A stretch of DNA of 63,454 nt, filler included, from Sphacelaria rigidula (lineage: Eukaryota): NCBI GenBank assembly GCA_964200075.2. It is 11 parts of 11 records of this genome, joined end to end, with 100 filler letters (N's around TTAATTAATTAA, not from the genome) between each part and the next. Parts side by side here need not be neighbours in the genome. Positions count along the whole stretch, not along the records: positions 46,224 to 51,900 come from CAXNAA020025324.1; positions 52,001 to 57,677 come from CAXNAA020025325.1; positions 57,778 to 63,454 come from CAXNAA020025326.1; 8 more parts are not named here. One strand, 5' to 3'. Under the pieces are notes generated by a model. The model had not been told where the DNA came from, ran no database searches, and was given only the letters and a program-made list of their open reading frames with translations. Below are positions 48,422 to 62,500 of this stretch, piece after piece. The position numbers and the translations under genes are program-made. Positions within the stretch are counted from its first letter, which is position 1. Each line of letters begins with the position of its first letter.

Positions 48422-51400
48422 AGGACACTAGTTTCAAGAAAACAATGAATGGCCGAGTTCGTCATTCGACAGACGCCACGGTGTGAGCATGCTGCCTATG
48501 ATCAAATCCGCGATAGATATCGAAATGTTCGGTGTGTACCCGGCGAGAGATGGGCCGATCCTTCGATACCATGCACTTGTCAAGAGGAAGGGGAGGAGCT
48601 GGAAGGGGGAACAACAGTGTGTGTATATACATGTCTCATTCGTTGAAGAGATATCGACAGCAGGTACTTGCAATCGATAACCTTCGTCCAAACAAGGCAT
48701 TCGTATATCGGCGACAGCCTTAAATTTAGGGACGATTCTGTACAAGTGCCATCAGGCCCCGAACGCGACGCGCGAGCTTGCATTTTGAGCAGGAGATAAC
48801 GTCCCATCGGCCACGATCATATTAACCGCTGCAATCGTTTACGAAAAATTATTTGTTTGTCACCAACGCATCCCGTCCTTCCCGGCCATGCAAACGACTT
48901 TCCTCGACGCTGCACTGCTTCCAATCCAGCTCGTCGATTCTCGACCGCTCACGGGGAACGCAAAACTCAAGAGCACTGCTGCCCGTCAGTAGAAACCTCC
49001 ACCTCCACCTCGCTCTCGTGCAGTTTAGCTCGGTACGTTGGGGCTGTCATGAAGGCTACCATGATGCGGTGATGAGACGGCAAAATGACGCACTCTGTGC
49101 ACTTCGGTATGCGCAGCACTAGGGGCCAAGGTGTGCACTCAACCGTCAACGCAAGCCATCTACCACAAGCGTTTCGCCCTTCATGATCATCGCGTGTGTA
49201 TCTTAGCATATATGTATATGCATGGAGTGTATAAATCTCTTCAGAAGCCCCTATTTTGCCTTTCGCAAGAGTTTGTTGGCACAAGTGATAAAGAGTCCGG
49301 CAGAATGCATTTCTTGCAATGCCGATGTACGTTAGATTCTCAACACATGACTCTAACATTGTAATCTAGTACTACGATATATTTTCCCTTCCGCAGTAGC
49401 AGAGCGGAGGGGAGCGAGTTCCACTTTTTACAAGCGGGGAAATATGGCTGCAAATCGTCAATAATAGTATACATGTCGCAACAAAAATGAGTTTGGGATC
49501 GGAAATGTGTGAGTGCGGTGTGCAACGTGTGTCGCTTCTAGTGCGTTGTGTTGTATAAATGAGGATTGAAGAGGGTGACGGGAGGCAGCGATACTACGTT
49601 TTTTTTTTCACATTACCCGTGTTTGCAGGGGGGGGACGAGGTGCGAGCAATAGAAACGACCCGCTAGCGGATGTTTCTGAGAAGATGCAGTTGTGCTTCC
49701 CTTTTGAGGACAGCAGATGATTTTTCCGCAGCTGGCTGTATGCAGCTGGCGCTGGTGATTGAGCGACCAGCGTGTACACCTACGATCGTGCCTGGGTCGT
49801 TCCTGTTTTTGGACGCTGTTGTGTTATAGCCTTGATGCTTTAGTTCACACTTCCGGTTTCGAAGAATACGAGCACAACCACAGCTTCTCGGGTTTTTCAA
49901 CGTCAAGTTTGGTGGTGATATTGCCGCTCCGGATCAAATCGGACCATTTGTTTGCCCGACAAATTGCCCACCCGTATGAGTTTTTTTAGGTCACCATGCC
50001 TCGTAGCGCTAAAGTCGAGTACAACTTTTTTTTTTTTCTTTTTTCGGGCTGATCTCCATGACTACATGCTAGTCTTTACGTCGCATGTTATCGATCACGA
50101 TGGTGATGGATTAGGATCGAAAATTTCTTCAAAATATTCGGGAAGGACGTTAAATAACGTGAAACACGTTTGCCAGGAGAAAAAATGTTATTGTTTTCTT
50201 TATCAATTTTCAACAATTTTCGGGATCACGGGCAACTCGATGCCAAGCATATTCCCCCCCCCCCTGGATTTCGGTCACCCATTTCAAACTCTAGATCGAG
50301 TAGGTGCGCGCAACTTTTTTCAACAGTTTTGCTCATTCGGGATTTGTAAAGTGTACTGCTTCGTCGAGCTAATGGACAGGAGGATTCTGGCTCGGTACTG
50401 TTCAGCGTAGTTTTGAAAGTATTCCTCTGATGACTTGTATCGGAGTACCATATACCAACCAATCACTGTTAAGCAGCGCGGTCAGCGTCTGCCGATTGCG
50501 GGGGTTTGGGTGGTACGTCTCTTGGCTTTGATAGTATCTTAGATTGGAGTCGTGTATAGTTCGTTATTACAGTTCGGTCGGGGATAGGATGACTGTTCGG
50601 ATATGGGCAATGCTTGGTTTGTGTAAGGAGATCCGTCGTGGTAGGAGACAGTAAATGGAGGGCGTGTAGTGTTGAATAATCGTTTCTTTTTTATTCTTAG
50701 GGTTACGTGGAAGTCTGATGCTACTATGGAGAGTGTGGGGGAGGAAGGGTGGTTGATTTCCATGCGGAGCAGGGGCTAACAGGTGTCAAACGACAGAACA
50801 CGCTCGCGGTGCGTTTTTTTGGGGTGAAAACTGCGTCCAGTGATGTGAAGGACTGTGTCGCATTGGTATCAAGCGTGTTCGAACAAACGTTGCTACTCAC
50901 AACGATAATCTGAGGTAGAATCTCGTGGAAGAAGTTGTCCAAATACGCCCCCCTTATCGTAGCATTAGTCGTAATACACCCATGAAAGTAAAGCGGCTGT
51001 AGGCAGAGAGAAAAATGGTATTTCGCTTGAAGTGTTGAAACAAATGCACGTAAACTCTTCCTGCGTCATTTCCTCTGTGGGTGTTGGCGTCGTTCGGGTG
51101 GGGTCGGTGATTTTTACCTGTATACAAAAACAATAATGCGCGTGTAGTTTGGAGCTTATGCGTTACAGTCTGGGCCATTGGTCTATAGTAGGTGCAGCCG
51201 AACGTATTTTGTGTCAAACGTACCCTGGCTTGTACTGCTTCCTGCTGCCAACTCGCGAGTTCTCTTTGCTTCTTGCTTTTTTGTGTCCAAGCGTTTTGGA
51301 TTTTCTCCTACCTGATGCGGCGTTTGGGAGACGGATCAGGGATTTTTCACGTATTTCTCTTGGCCTGTGGAGGTTCCTGGAACTCCGATGCGGTCTTGGT

Positions 51401-52542
51401 GGCATAGAGTGGATACGTCGTCTACGGACGCCCAAGAAGGGCCTTGACATTCGCCTATTACAGCAACATGGGGTGCGTGAGGAAGGTGTGCACGCGTGCA
51501 CCAGGAAACACAAGTACACTACCCTGGTCTAGTATAGGTGTGGTGTTTCGATTTCAAACAACAGTCGGGAAGGATGTATTTGAAGATTGGCTTCAGACTC
51601 ATGCTGCGATAGGGGGAGGGCTCGGGGGGGGGTAATTGCTTCCATGAAAAAAGGGGCTCAAAGGTGTGTCGGACGACCCAGCACACTCGCGGTCCGCTTT
51701 TAGTTGGGTAAAAACGCTGTGTCAATCAGTATGACTGAGCGCTATTTCTCGGTACCAAGCGCGCTGGAACAGCCATTGCTGCGTCCAGCGAAGAATTGTA
51801 GTGAATTATAAAGGAAGAAATGGCCCAAAATACCCCCGCGACACTCTCCCCGCCCACCCCCACCCCCCACCCACCGCCACCTCCCGCCCCCCCCCGCATG
51901 NNNNNNNNNNNNNNNNNNNNNNNNNNNNNNNNNNNNNNNNNNNNTTAATTAATTAANNNNNNNNNNNNNNNNNNNNNNNNNNNNNNNNNNNNNNNNNNNN
52001 AAATGGTCTCCCGCCGTTTTTTATCGTGTGTACTTCGCGGGCGGGGCGTGGGATATATTCCTTTTTTGGAGACTTTTGACGCGATGTTTGGCTCTCAAAC
52101 AGGGAATATCACACGCCTTGGACACTCTGCATCACCCAAGAGGAGTTTTGCTCATTTTTCCAACTCGATTGACTTCGAAGTTCGAGAATGGCCTTTGAAC
52201 AAAAATACAGCCGGATGAAAAATAAAACGTCCGCGGGTATATTTTCCCTCTCGGCGAGGTGATGGCCGATGGCAATACTCCCCGTTTGAGGGACAAACAC
52301 ACTATTAAATGTCCCAAAAGCGGGAAATACGCCCCTCAAAAAACCACCAACCGTGAAAAATGCTCTTAGACCAAACACTTCTTGAGAAAAAGAGATGGAT
52401 ACGCAACCATACAGGAGAGTACGGACTTGACCAAACACCACAGTTGGGGATCATTGAACGGGTAGGTACGTACTTATTATCACGTACGTACTTGTACGTG
52501 AGAGAAAAGCGAACAACCGAATGTACGAGTTTCAACCATCAC

Positions 52543-53634
52543 CTGTGGTAGATGAGCGAGCACCACCGCCCCGCACAGTTGCCCCCGACATTGAAGCGCT
52601 ACGCGATCTCGACCTAGAGGCGCGGTGGTCGCGAGACGCGTCGTGAGAAATATCGCGAGACGCCGACCGCGACCCTGCCCGCCTGCCCACCGGGGTAGGG
52701 GGTACCGCGTGTTTGCCATTCGCCATAACCGTCGCGCTCGGTCGGCGGTCACTGTCCTCATTGTTCGAGTCGGCCGGCAAGGAATGTGAAGCAACCCGGC
52801 GCGTCTTCCCTACCTTGGCGGTGGTCGTCCGAGGCGAAGCGACACCGAGGGTGGAGGAAGAGGAGGACCTCGTGCCAGACCGTTGATCCTCATCGCTGCT
52901 GTCTCCCACGCCGTGTCTCTCGCCAGTCTCGCATTCCGCGCGTCTTACTGAGGCATTCCACAGCAACTTTTTGTTCGTCGTGGCGACGGCGACGGCGCGG
53001 CCGCTGCGGAGGCCGCGGCCGCCGATGCTACCCCGTTTACGGCTGTTGCTGCCGCCGCCGCTCCCACCGCCCTCGGTACCATCCAAGCTCTCGCTGCTGG
53101 AGCTAGGGCTGGAACTACGTCTACTGCTGATGCTCATGGAGCTCGACGTCACCGTCGCGGGCGAGTCGGCGCTGAAAGCATCGGCCGCCGCGGTGGAAAT
53201 TGCGTCGACTATTCCGCTGGCGCCGCTCGTCACATCAGCACAACTGCTCCCTCCCCCGTCGTCGTCGCCAACATCACCACCATCACCGCCACCGCGGGTG
53301 GCTTCGACTCCGGCAATGCCGTTAGCACTGGCGGTGCCGGCCGACCTTCTGTCGCGTAAAGACGACAAGGTTTGTCCCTCAGAAAGTCTTGCCGGCCGGC
53401 GGCTGGCCAGGTTCGGCGTAGTCTCGTGGTCCAGGCACACCCGGAGGGGCACGGTGGTTTCGCGCGTGCTTTGTCGTTTCCGGCCGCTGGCTCTCGCCAA
53501 TGCCGCGGTGGTCACTATTGCTTTCTTCGATTGTCCGCTCATGCATCTCTGGAGGTGCTTGCTGAGTTCTTCGTCAGTGTGGAACAGCCTCGGTTTTTTA
53601 AGGATGCAGTTGTTCAGGAGGCACTGTCGTGGCC
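52543..53634 (-). CDS. Large exon of an unknown protein: N-terminal C2HC-type zinc finger followed by a Ser/Gly/Arg-rich low-complexity region
   Basis: Open frame of more than 1 kb ending at AG|GTGATG. PRQCLLNNCILKKPRLFHTDEELSKHLQRC precedes the tracked ORF in frame. The exact acceptor is uncertain. Confidence 0.65.
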
Positions 53635-54733
53635 CTGACTTCTTTTTTTTTATTTCGGCGTGGTAGTGATGGTGGTGGTGTGGTGGCCAGGGATGGTGTT
53701 TCGTGTCATTTTAGCGTGGGACAGGGGGGGAACGAGAGCAGTGGAGAAAGAGGATGGGTAAATACGCCGAACACCGTGCGCTAAGAGCGGTGCCCAACAG
53801 CTGATGACCGTACTACAGTCTGTACACCAAACGGATGTAGGCGTTTCTTCCGTCTTTTTTTTTTAAACGTAACGTGCTCTATCTGCTCCCGTTCCCTGGA
53901 ACTAGCTACCTTCGACGGAGTACAGGGATGCAAGCACGAGGACCCATGCCAATATGAAAAGCGGGGGGGTAAGTTGCAACAACACACGGTGGACACACTG
54001 GGGCTGCTCTGCAGGTTCACGTTGTCATCGTGGAGATCATTATTTAATAGGAACCAGCTATGAACAGCTGCGCGAGCAACGTAACGTTCCTACCCATCCT
54101 CAGATTGAGCACTGCGGTAAGTAGAATCGAGCCGGGGTTCTTGAAGGAACAAGCTGAAGACATGGTGTACAGTACAGTAATGAACCAAAAATAACGTGAT
54201 TTTGTAGTTTTTGCTGCCGACTCCCCTGTATGCGTTTTTCTTGAAGAGGGGGGGAAGAAGTTGACACTATTTCAGGCGCAACACTGCATGCTGTTCAACG
54301 GACTCGCACAACCAACTGCACGCTAGAAGCTACCCCTGCCCCCCCGATCAGCGACTGCACGCTAGAAGCTACATTTTAATGGGCGAGGCCTGGGGGAGGC
54401 GAGGTACCCTCGTTTTGACAGGGAGGGGGGAGGGGGTAGCCCTCAGATACCATATATGACGACGATAGAGAGTGTAGTACCACCTGTTGCTTTTTGGACA
54501 CCCTCATTTTGGAGAATAACCGAGTGCACTTGGGGGTGGCACCATATTCTTTAGATAGCACCAGGCTCTGCATCTGAGCCTCTAAACCCCATCCCTCCCC
54601 CCCCAGACCAATCAATTTTCAAATTTCGAGGCCATGTCTTGATTTCAATATACGGCGACCCCTGATTCAACCCTGTACGAACCATGACCATCACCCATCA
54701 TACGAACACTGTTCAACTGACACACTGATTACC

Positions 54734-54918
54734 GTGAGGCTTCCAACGGAGTCGCCCCCGGCTGCGGCCGCGGCGGCGGAACGGGTCCCACCGGCGGGCG
54801 AATCTCTGGTTCTAACGCCAACCGCCTTGTCCACGCTCGCTCCTGCACTCTTAGCCGACGGCGGCGATGCCTTGTCGGCGCCGTCAGAACTAGACTCGCT
54901 GCTCACACTGCTCGACAT
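54734..54918 (-). CDS. Probable upstream (first) coding exon of the same low-complexity protein
   Basis: MSSSVSSESSSDGADKASPPSAKSAG...GSLT|GTAATC; GC-rich and same composition and strand as the large exon. Confidence 0.5.
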
Positions 54919-57900
54919 TTACTTTTCTGGCGGGTTGGGCAAATACAGTAGAGAACACAGCATCGGAGACAAACGATGGGTCCGGCATCAGCGAGCGTTG
55001 GGTGTTTCATCTAGCTGCGTTTGCGGTGCAGACGTACGCCGACGGTGAAGTAGAGTACAGTATGGGCATACAGATAACTATTGGCATGCAAGAGTAGTGA
55101 TTTCAGACCCTCCTGACGGTGGGTATGCACAAAAAAAATGAAGACGCGGACTTCGACGCCTTTGGGCGCCCGAGCGTGTCCTTGCGTTGAATCGGCATCA
55201 TGATTTATTTAAAAACTGATGATCAGACTCGGGTGGTTAAGGTGCACAGGCAGCGGCACAGTCAAGATGGGAAACTGTTGTACTGACTACTGTATCGCTG
55301 TATAACATGCAAAACGATCGATCTAAGCAGAGGGAAATTTGCTGTTTGTGGCGGCGGCGGGGGGAGTCGTATAAGAAGACGCGCACGTTACAGCGTGCGC
55401 AGCTGCGAAAACTGTATCTGCGCACGAGGTATCATGATAGATCCAGCTTATACGATATATCAGTGTTTAACTTCCGCCCATCCCCATGACACAACGGCCG
55501 GTCGTCGGTGTGGCCCAGGCGGAGGACCCTTCGCACGAGGTTTTCGATACGTGCTGCTTTCGTCACCGACAAGAGCGCGCGAATCTCGATGAAGCACAGA
55601 TTGCGCGGAAAACATACAATGACACCGCACGCGCCGACGTTGATATGTTGGCAGTGGGCACCCTACAGTTGACTGCGGAACTACGGAGGGCAATCCTCTT
55701 CTGACAGCGAATGCTTGTGTTCATGGCAAAGCCCGGCCGTTGATGTGGCTCTTGTTTTTCATGTTGAAACTCTACTGTGCGCACTGCCCTATATAAAGAG
55801 AGAGTCAAGTAAATCAAACTGCACGATTCCCAACTTGGACGGATACAACGTCCGGCGCTTTATTTGGGCTTCTTGTGCTCGGAATCGGGAACACACAACA
55901 CCACAACAGCTTCGCCCAACTTCGAGACTGAAGTGAATTGTGTCACCTTGATGAATCCGACCCCTCATCTCATCTACCGTGCGTCCTCACATGGAGGATA
56001 TAGTACTGACACCAGGCCGTAAGAAGAAGCAGCTGGTCAAGTACCGACCTACACTATTGGTACGGTAGAGGTACGGTGTCCTGTGCGCTGAGAAACAAAC
56101 AGCAGCAACCGTCTGTAGTACATTCGCCTTGACTTACAGTCAGTCGTGTTTGCAGATAACGTTGGGTCTTCTGGGTTTCAAATCGACAACAAAACACCGA
56201 CAATCCGGTCACGATGGAGAACAGGTTCTCATGGGTACAGGTCGTTGCTGGGTCGACCCTGCGCAGCGCCACTTTCTAACTACGACGATATTCCGTTGGT
56301 ACTTCCCCAAATTCCTGTGGAGCATCTGTCGAAACAAGTCACGTGCTGCTTTTAGGGCGCGAAAAAACAAAACAAACAACGGACGGTAGCTGCACTTCGC
56401 ATTTTCTACATCTGACTGATGGCCATACTGCATCCAACCACTGGGAGCTGCAATCTGTAGAGTGCTTACCGCTATAGTCCGTCACGAGCCGTGTGGGTGA
56501 TACTCGGTGCTCCGTACAGCACCCTCAAGTCGCGTCAGGGGCCGTCGTGAAATCAGTGTGGGATAAGTTCCGTCGGTCTTCAGTAGGTCATCTAGTAGTC
56601 CACCTGGTGTGATATCGGCACCTGAAACATTTTATCGGGCTAGTATTGAGAGGAAAACAAAAAAACTAATTTCAAAAATGTGAAGAAGCGGATTTCAAAA
56701 TTGAGAAGCCGCATGTTCGCCATGATCTTTATATTTCCATTTTCGAAGTTGCTTGGATTCGGCCCCCATGTATCAGCGCCAGAAGAGCGGGCGCTAAAAT
56801 ATCCACACGCTATTGTTCCACAGTACGCTCAGAAGTGAGACAGATCTTGAATGTAAGAACGCTGAATGTACTGTCGCGTCGACGACTCAACTTTAGTTAC
56901 GGATAAAAACGGTCCCTTCTGGCAGCTTTGGGACTTCTTATTGGATATCTCAGACTGCCCCCCAAAAAAAACAAGAATATATCTCGCAGTATATTTGTGA
57001 CTGCCCACACTTCCTTGGCACACATACAAAAACCATGACACTTTTGAACGGAAACTTTGCTTGATAATTTCTCGACCGTGGGTAAAGTCGCCCCCATGAG
57101 ACTTGACGCGCTATTTTTGTAGTTTGACATAACACAGGCAGTATGTGCACCGGAGACCAACTCCTTTCCTGAAACAGCAAATAAAACTAATAAATGAGCG
57201 AATACTGATACGCGTTACGCCCTCGAAACGGCTACGTCGCAGCCCTCCTTCTGTGCACTGTTGTGAGTGAATACATAATATGTGGACATGGTGGTGCACT
57301 CGCTTCCACATCATGATCATGTGGGAGGGCACAGTGCTGCTGGGAAGAAAACACAGATCTTGCAGAACTTAGTACTGGCACACCCCCTTGATATTGAGAT
57401 AGTGGAAGAATCATTCCGGTATCGCCTGTAGAGATGCTCAGCCCCGGAGGCATGGTCGTACGCGCACTGTCGTGGCTGCAAGGCGCTGGAACTTCGGCAA
57501 CACGTCATGTGAACCACTATCAACAATGTCATGAAGACGCATATTAGTCTGTTGGTGCTGCTTCAGACCCGTTGTCGATTCTAGCCATGGCGTTCCGGAG
57601 ACCACAGGTCTGTTCAGAGTTGGGCAGATACGAATGTGAACCGGTATAATCACAGGAATGATACACGTTTTGTTCGCNNNNNNNNNNNNNNNNNNNNNNN
57701 NNNNNNNNNNNNNNNNNNNNNTTAATTAATTAANNNNNNNNNNNNNNNNNNNNNNNNNNNNNNNNNNNNNNNNNNNNAGGCAGTAGAAATCGTGAATTTG
57801 GTGATTTTGAGTCGTGATGATTTGTCCTACCCGTGAAACAATGGCAATATCAACAATAACAACAAACACAAACAAAACCCACAAAATATTATTATCTCGC

Positions 57901-58117
57901 ATTACATAGCTGATTGCAACACTCTAGCTCGTGATCAGAAAAAAAAAAACGGAGAAAAGTGGATAAAAATGAAAGAAAAGAAGAATATTAGAATAAAACG
58001 TGGAGAAAAGAATGCAACAAACAAGACAGAGCCGACTCTTTTCCGGGGGGCGGGGGGGGGGTGCACAGACAAAACAAACAACAGACGAGAAACAACCAGG
58101 GACAAGAGATGGACAAA

Positions 58118-58890
58118 TTAGAGATGGGAACCAGACACAATGCTGTACGTATCTGGCGTAGGGTATGATGAGTTGGTGCTGGTACTGTCGGTCCCAGGTG
58201 CTGTCGGTGCATCTTTGCCTGCAGCTTCCGCGTGCCGTATCGCTGTCTCTGCGTCATCCTTTCGGCACCAGTCCGCCATCAACCTTCCTGCTCCCTGTTC
58301 AACACAGCTGTGCCACTCTACTGCATTTGAGGCTCTGGTAGTCCATCGCTGCCATTCGATACGGAACGCCTTCACGTCTTCCGCTAGGCAGCGGATCCAG
58401 TCCTTGTGCCTGCCGTTACATTTTCCTTGTTGCCCCTTTACGGCTATAGTTTCACGAAACATGACGTGTTTCGGTATTCGTCCGGGTGACACGCGCGTGA
58501 CGAAACCGGCGAAGTAGAGTCCTCTTCCTCACCGTCTTCTCGATATTTTCGCACCCTGTCCTCGCGAGGATCTCTCGGTATGACAGCACGTGGTCTGCGC
58601 GATTGCGCTTGTGCCATCCAAGACAGCGCCTGAGCAACGAATGGTGGGCCGTGCGCAGTAGATTTTAGTGGGCGTTGAGAGGGGTCCATGTGACGCACCC
58701 GTACAGGAGCGCCTCGACAGCCTCGGCTTTGATCATGCGGACCTTGAGGTGGACGGCCGCGTTCGGTCGATTGTAGAGTTGGACTTTGTACTGGTGGTAG
58801 TTCGACCATGCCCGTTGTACGCACTTTTTGATTTCCACCGAGAGATCGCCGCTCTCCGTAATTGACCCCCCCAGGTATACAAAGTTGTCT
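58118..58890 (-). mobile_element. 5'-truncated RTE-clade LINE, C-terminal part of the RT ORF; stops and frameshifts
   Basis: FVYLG, LKVRMIKAEAVEALLYGCVTWT, LLRRCLGW, RIPKHVMF and KDWIRCLAEDVKAF are characteristic RTE RT-thumb and C-terminal motifs. Confidence 0.9.
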
Positions 58891-59155
58891 ATTCATTCAT
58901 ATACCTGACCTGGGGTGCAGCGGTGTCACACAAGAAGTTCCACGCGCCGCCCAATTTCACGAGTTTTTACACGATATTTTACCAGAATCTTCTGTGCGCA
59001 AGTAAAAGCAAGGTCTTGCGGCATACAGCCGTATTTTGTCCTTGTCATGGAGTTATGACATTTCTAGTGTTTTTCTAAATTTAGAATCACCCCATTTTTT
59101 TTCGTATCCCTCGACAAGTTTCATAAAAATGTCGCGTCAATTTTTCAGCGTCCAA

Positions 59156-59594
59156 GGCTACTTCTTATGTATCGAAAAGTAAAAGTTGTTGAAAAGTGCT
59201 TTTTTGGCCCTTCTCCGTCGTTTTTGTCCCCAAAAGAGCGCTAGACGGATGTGGACACCTTGGAATGACTTGCTCTACTCGCTGAGACCGTTCCAGAGCA
59301 CCTTCGCGTTTTCTGTACGTCATAGTTTCGTTCTTGGCCAAAAATGCATTTTTAATAACAAACGGTCAAAATATCGAATACAGGGGGAAAACTGCATTTT
59401 TTTTAATAACTCGACCGTTTGTTATTGAAAATGCATTTTTGGCCGAGAGCGAAACGGAACGGTCTCAGCGAGTAGAGCAAGTCATTCCAAGGTGTCAACA
59501 GCCGCCTAGCCCTCTTTTGGGGACAAAAATGACGGGGAAGGGCCAAAAAAGCACTTTTCAACAACTTTTACTTTTCGATACGTAAGAAGTAGCT
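59156..59594. mobile_element. 439-bp foldback MITE with ~190-bp TIRs, possibly PIF/Harbinger-type
   Basis: GGCTACTTCTTATGTATCGAAAAGTAAAAGTTGTTGAAAAGTGC ... GCACTTTTCAACAACTTTTACTTTTCGATACGTAAGAAGTAGCT, flanked by CAA and TAA. Confidence 0.88.
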
Positions 59595-62500
59595 TAACTC
59601 CTCACATTCAGCGTGGCGTCGCCGTTCTTCCGAAAAAAAAAGTATGTTGGCCGACCCAGCTCGTAGGCGGCCCTAGAACTTCATGGTGTATGCACTGACA
59701 AGGATCACGCTGACGAACAACAGCGCGCCTTTCTGAAACTCTCGTATGTCGTCATTGACGATGTATCAACGACCTGAACGTGCTGTGTGCCATGCATGTG
59801 TTGTCTGCCCGTGTGTTCGCAGCTGATGCGTGCACCCAGGGTGGTACAACAGTTGTGCGGACAGGTTCCTGCGGATCGGCGCATGCCTGCAGTGTTGGAC
59901 GCTCACGGCGCCGCTGGGGGGGGCGAGGGTCACCTGCACAACGATTGAAACGCGTCGTTGTCCATCTGCACATGCTGTATGATTTCGCGCGGTGTAGTTA
60001 TTGTGCTTGGCGCGCGGTACTTGCTACCACGGTAACAAGCGTGCCATGTCTTGCAGTGGTTAGTTGTGTATTAGTAGTACTTCCCGCCCTGTTGGATAGT
60101 GCCGCGGCGGTGGTAGTGTAGTGTGGGCTGCGATTTGTTCCCTTCCTTGTCACAATGTGGCTCTGTATAGAGAGGGTGATGCGCGGGTCGGGGGGGGGGG
60201 GTTGTTGAAAGTTAATCATTTCCTCGTTTTTTTCGTTTCTGCCGGTGACAGTTGATGGGAGTTGAAGATGGAATCAACTGTTATGTGGAGGGCATGTTCT
60301 TGACGTTTCTAGGGCTCGGTAATTCCGGTTCCCTAGAAAAAGTGTCATTTCCCACAACGAACAGCTTGCTAGACATCCGGTCCCCAATCAGCGGGAGACT
60401 CACTCTCTCTACGTAGGACTATCAGCCTGTGTGTCCTTCACGCACCATCCATGAACCCAGACTCTACAACATTCTCATCACCGACACAGCGCCCGCACTA
60501 CTGTAGCTAGTCTTCGGTGGGAGCAATGCGTTCTCACCTGCCATCAACCGTAGAACATGCTATCTCTGCACGGTGCTGTCGACCCTACGAGGGCACAATA
60601 AATTGGTTTGAAGTTTTGTGTTTTGCCGCGTAATTCACCCCCTTGAAACGGCATGCTTGAGGGAAACTCCAGGCTGCGTACGTATGTATATGCTGTACAC
60701 TTTGTTCGTTTTGTTCGGATCTGCAAGGCGGCAGTGTCTCTGCCGACGAAACCAATATTTAGCCCCGAATCGTGATGATGACATATAACAATGTTTCCGT
60801 GAGATGGAGAGTAGAGGATACTAATACTATTGAAAGTGAAGAGCGGTCAACTAGTGACTGAATCGTTTCAGTTCCGAAATGCCCCTCCACGAGGCTTGAT
60901 ATGCTTTCTGTGGTAGCTTGCCACTGAGGCCCTTGATATCCCTGAGTAGGATATCGACGTGTAGATGTAAGCACACGCCAGTGATGAAGGCGAAGAAAAG
61001 CACAAACGGAATGAAAAGTTGGCTAAGATAAAGCGAATGATCAAAGCCACTCTCAATCAGCGCTCTACTCTCACTCTCACGAAAGCTTTGTTATATGCAT
61101 GTTTCGTTGATATATTTTTGTACAGTCGATGACCGGTGTGAGTAATTGTGCATACAATACACTCTCACGATCACGGCTGCATTCGTAGAGAGCCAGCCAT
61201 CCAGGATCTGATACAAGAAGGGCACCGCTATGATAATGTAGCCCCTCTTGGTGGGGCAAGCTTCACAGCAAGTACGCGATATTTTTTCATCTATTCACCG
61301 TTCATCATACTGTTGTGTCGTCTTGTGTGGAACTTGGTATATGCACACAGTGTTTGTTCACGAGGGGGTTTACGCTTATCACCCAAAATTGTGTCATTAG
61401 CAAATGCCTTTCGCAATAGCTACACAAAAGTCGCATACATCATAAAATACTGACCGCCATGGACATCTGAAGAGGATCACATTGCCAGATTTGTGTTAAA
61501 GACCATAGTGATGGCGCTAAGGGCGAAAAGGTACCTCAACCAATCAGCGCCTTTCAAACTGTTCTGAAATCGAAAATACGAATTCCAAGCCCAGCTTTCA
61601 GCCAGAGTCTACATACATGGTTCATAGAGTAGTATAGTAAGTGCCATCAGCCCCGTAATCTAAAAGAACAGTTAGTTATGAAGACGGTTACAACGGGGTC
61701 GAATTAAACCCGAAACCGTGGTGTTTCGGCGATGCGGGGTTTTGGCGTGATCTAATTCCACTGATGACTCGAGTACGCACCGAAGACCCAGGGAGCCTCA
61801 TCACGGCGTCCCTTATATCGGTTGTTCGTAGAAAGCTCGGATCGTCCTCAAACTTGGCAATTCCATAGGTATTGATGATCCGACTGGATTTTTTTCATCT
61901 CAACAATATTTCAAAATTTCTCCTCCTCTATTATTATCGGCTTCCGGGGGTTCCGATGTTAGGACCCCCGGAAAGCGGTACAGAGTGTCTCATCAGAAGA
62001 ACACAATATATCGTGCGTCCCGGGGTAACCCAACGAGCGTATTGTATCGGTCTATCTAATGTTCACGGTGTGGAATTTTTGCGGTAACTGCATTGGAGGT
62101 TATTAAGTGTAACTAATGAATGATTATCATCGAAAACATGAGCGACGTTTGGCTAAATCAGTGTAATGATGGGGGATGAAACCATTGTAATAATAATACA
62201 GCAACTCGTATCATGCATGGTTCAGCGCCAGTACAGGGTTGTCCGCACTAACCGCACTTTACCCAGAGATGAATAAAAATGGTAGTAATAATAGTTGTAG
62301 CTATTCAACACCGGGTACTGTAAAGTGAGGCAGATGGATCGAAAATAAAATAAAAAGTGCAACAGGAACGCCGGGTCAGTCGGGTTTCCACTCTCCTCCC
62401 GATGCCTACGATGCCGCTTCTGTACGTCATTAAATTTCACTTAATTTTTTTCGAAACAACTACAGTATAGCATGAAATAACAGCCCACTACAAAGATTTT

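Noticed and set aside
46224..51470. Candidate exons in contig 9 (about 47035-47155, 49670-49780, 51223-51453, minus strand)
   Set aside because: Splice-like borders exist, but I found no recognisable protein or consistent phase chain.
52971..53666. 231-aa plus-strand ORF and similar long antisense ORFs over retroelements
   Set aside because: Antisense shadows of GC-rich coding sequence.
5723..57733. Regularly spaced TTAATTAATTAA motif
   Set aside because: Artificial linker flanked by Ns.
59700..61270. Candidate exons in contig 11 (e.g. RGYIIIAVPFLYQILDGWLSTNAAVI, minus strand near 61170-61260)
   Set aside because: Too short to assign and could not be joined into a model.
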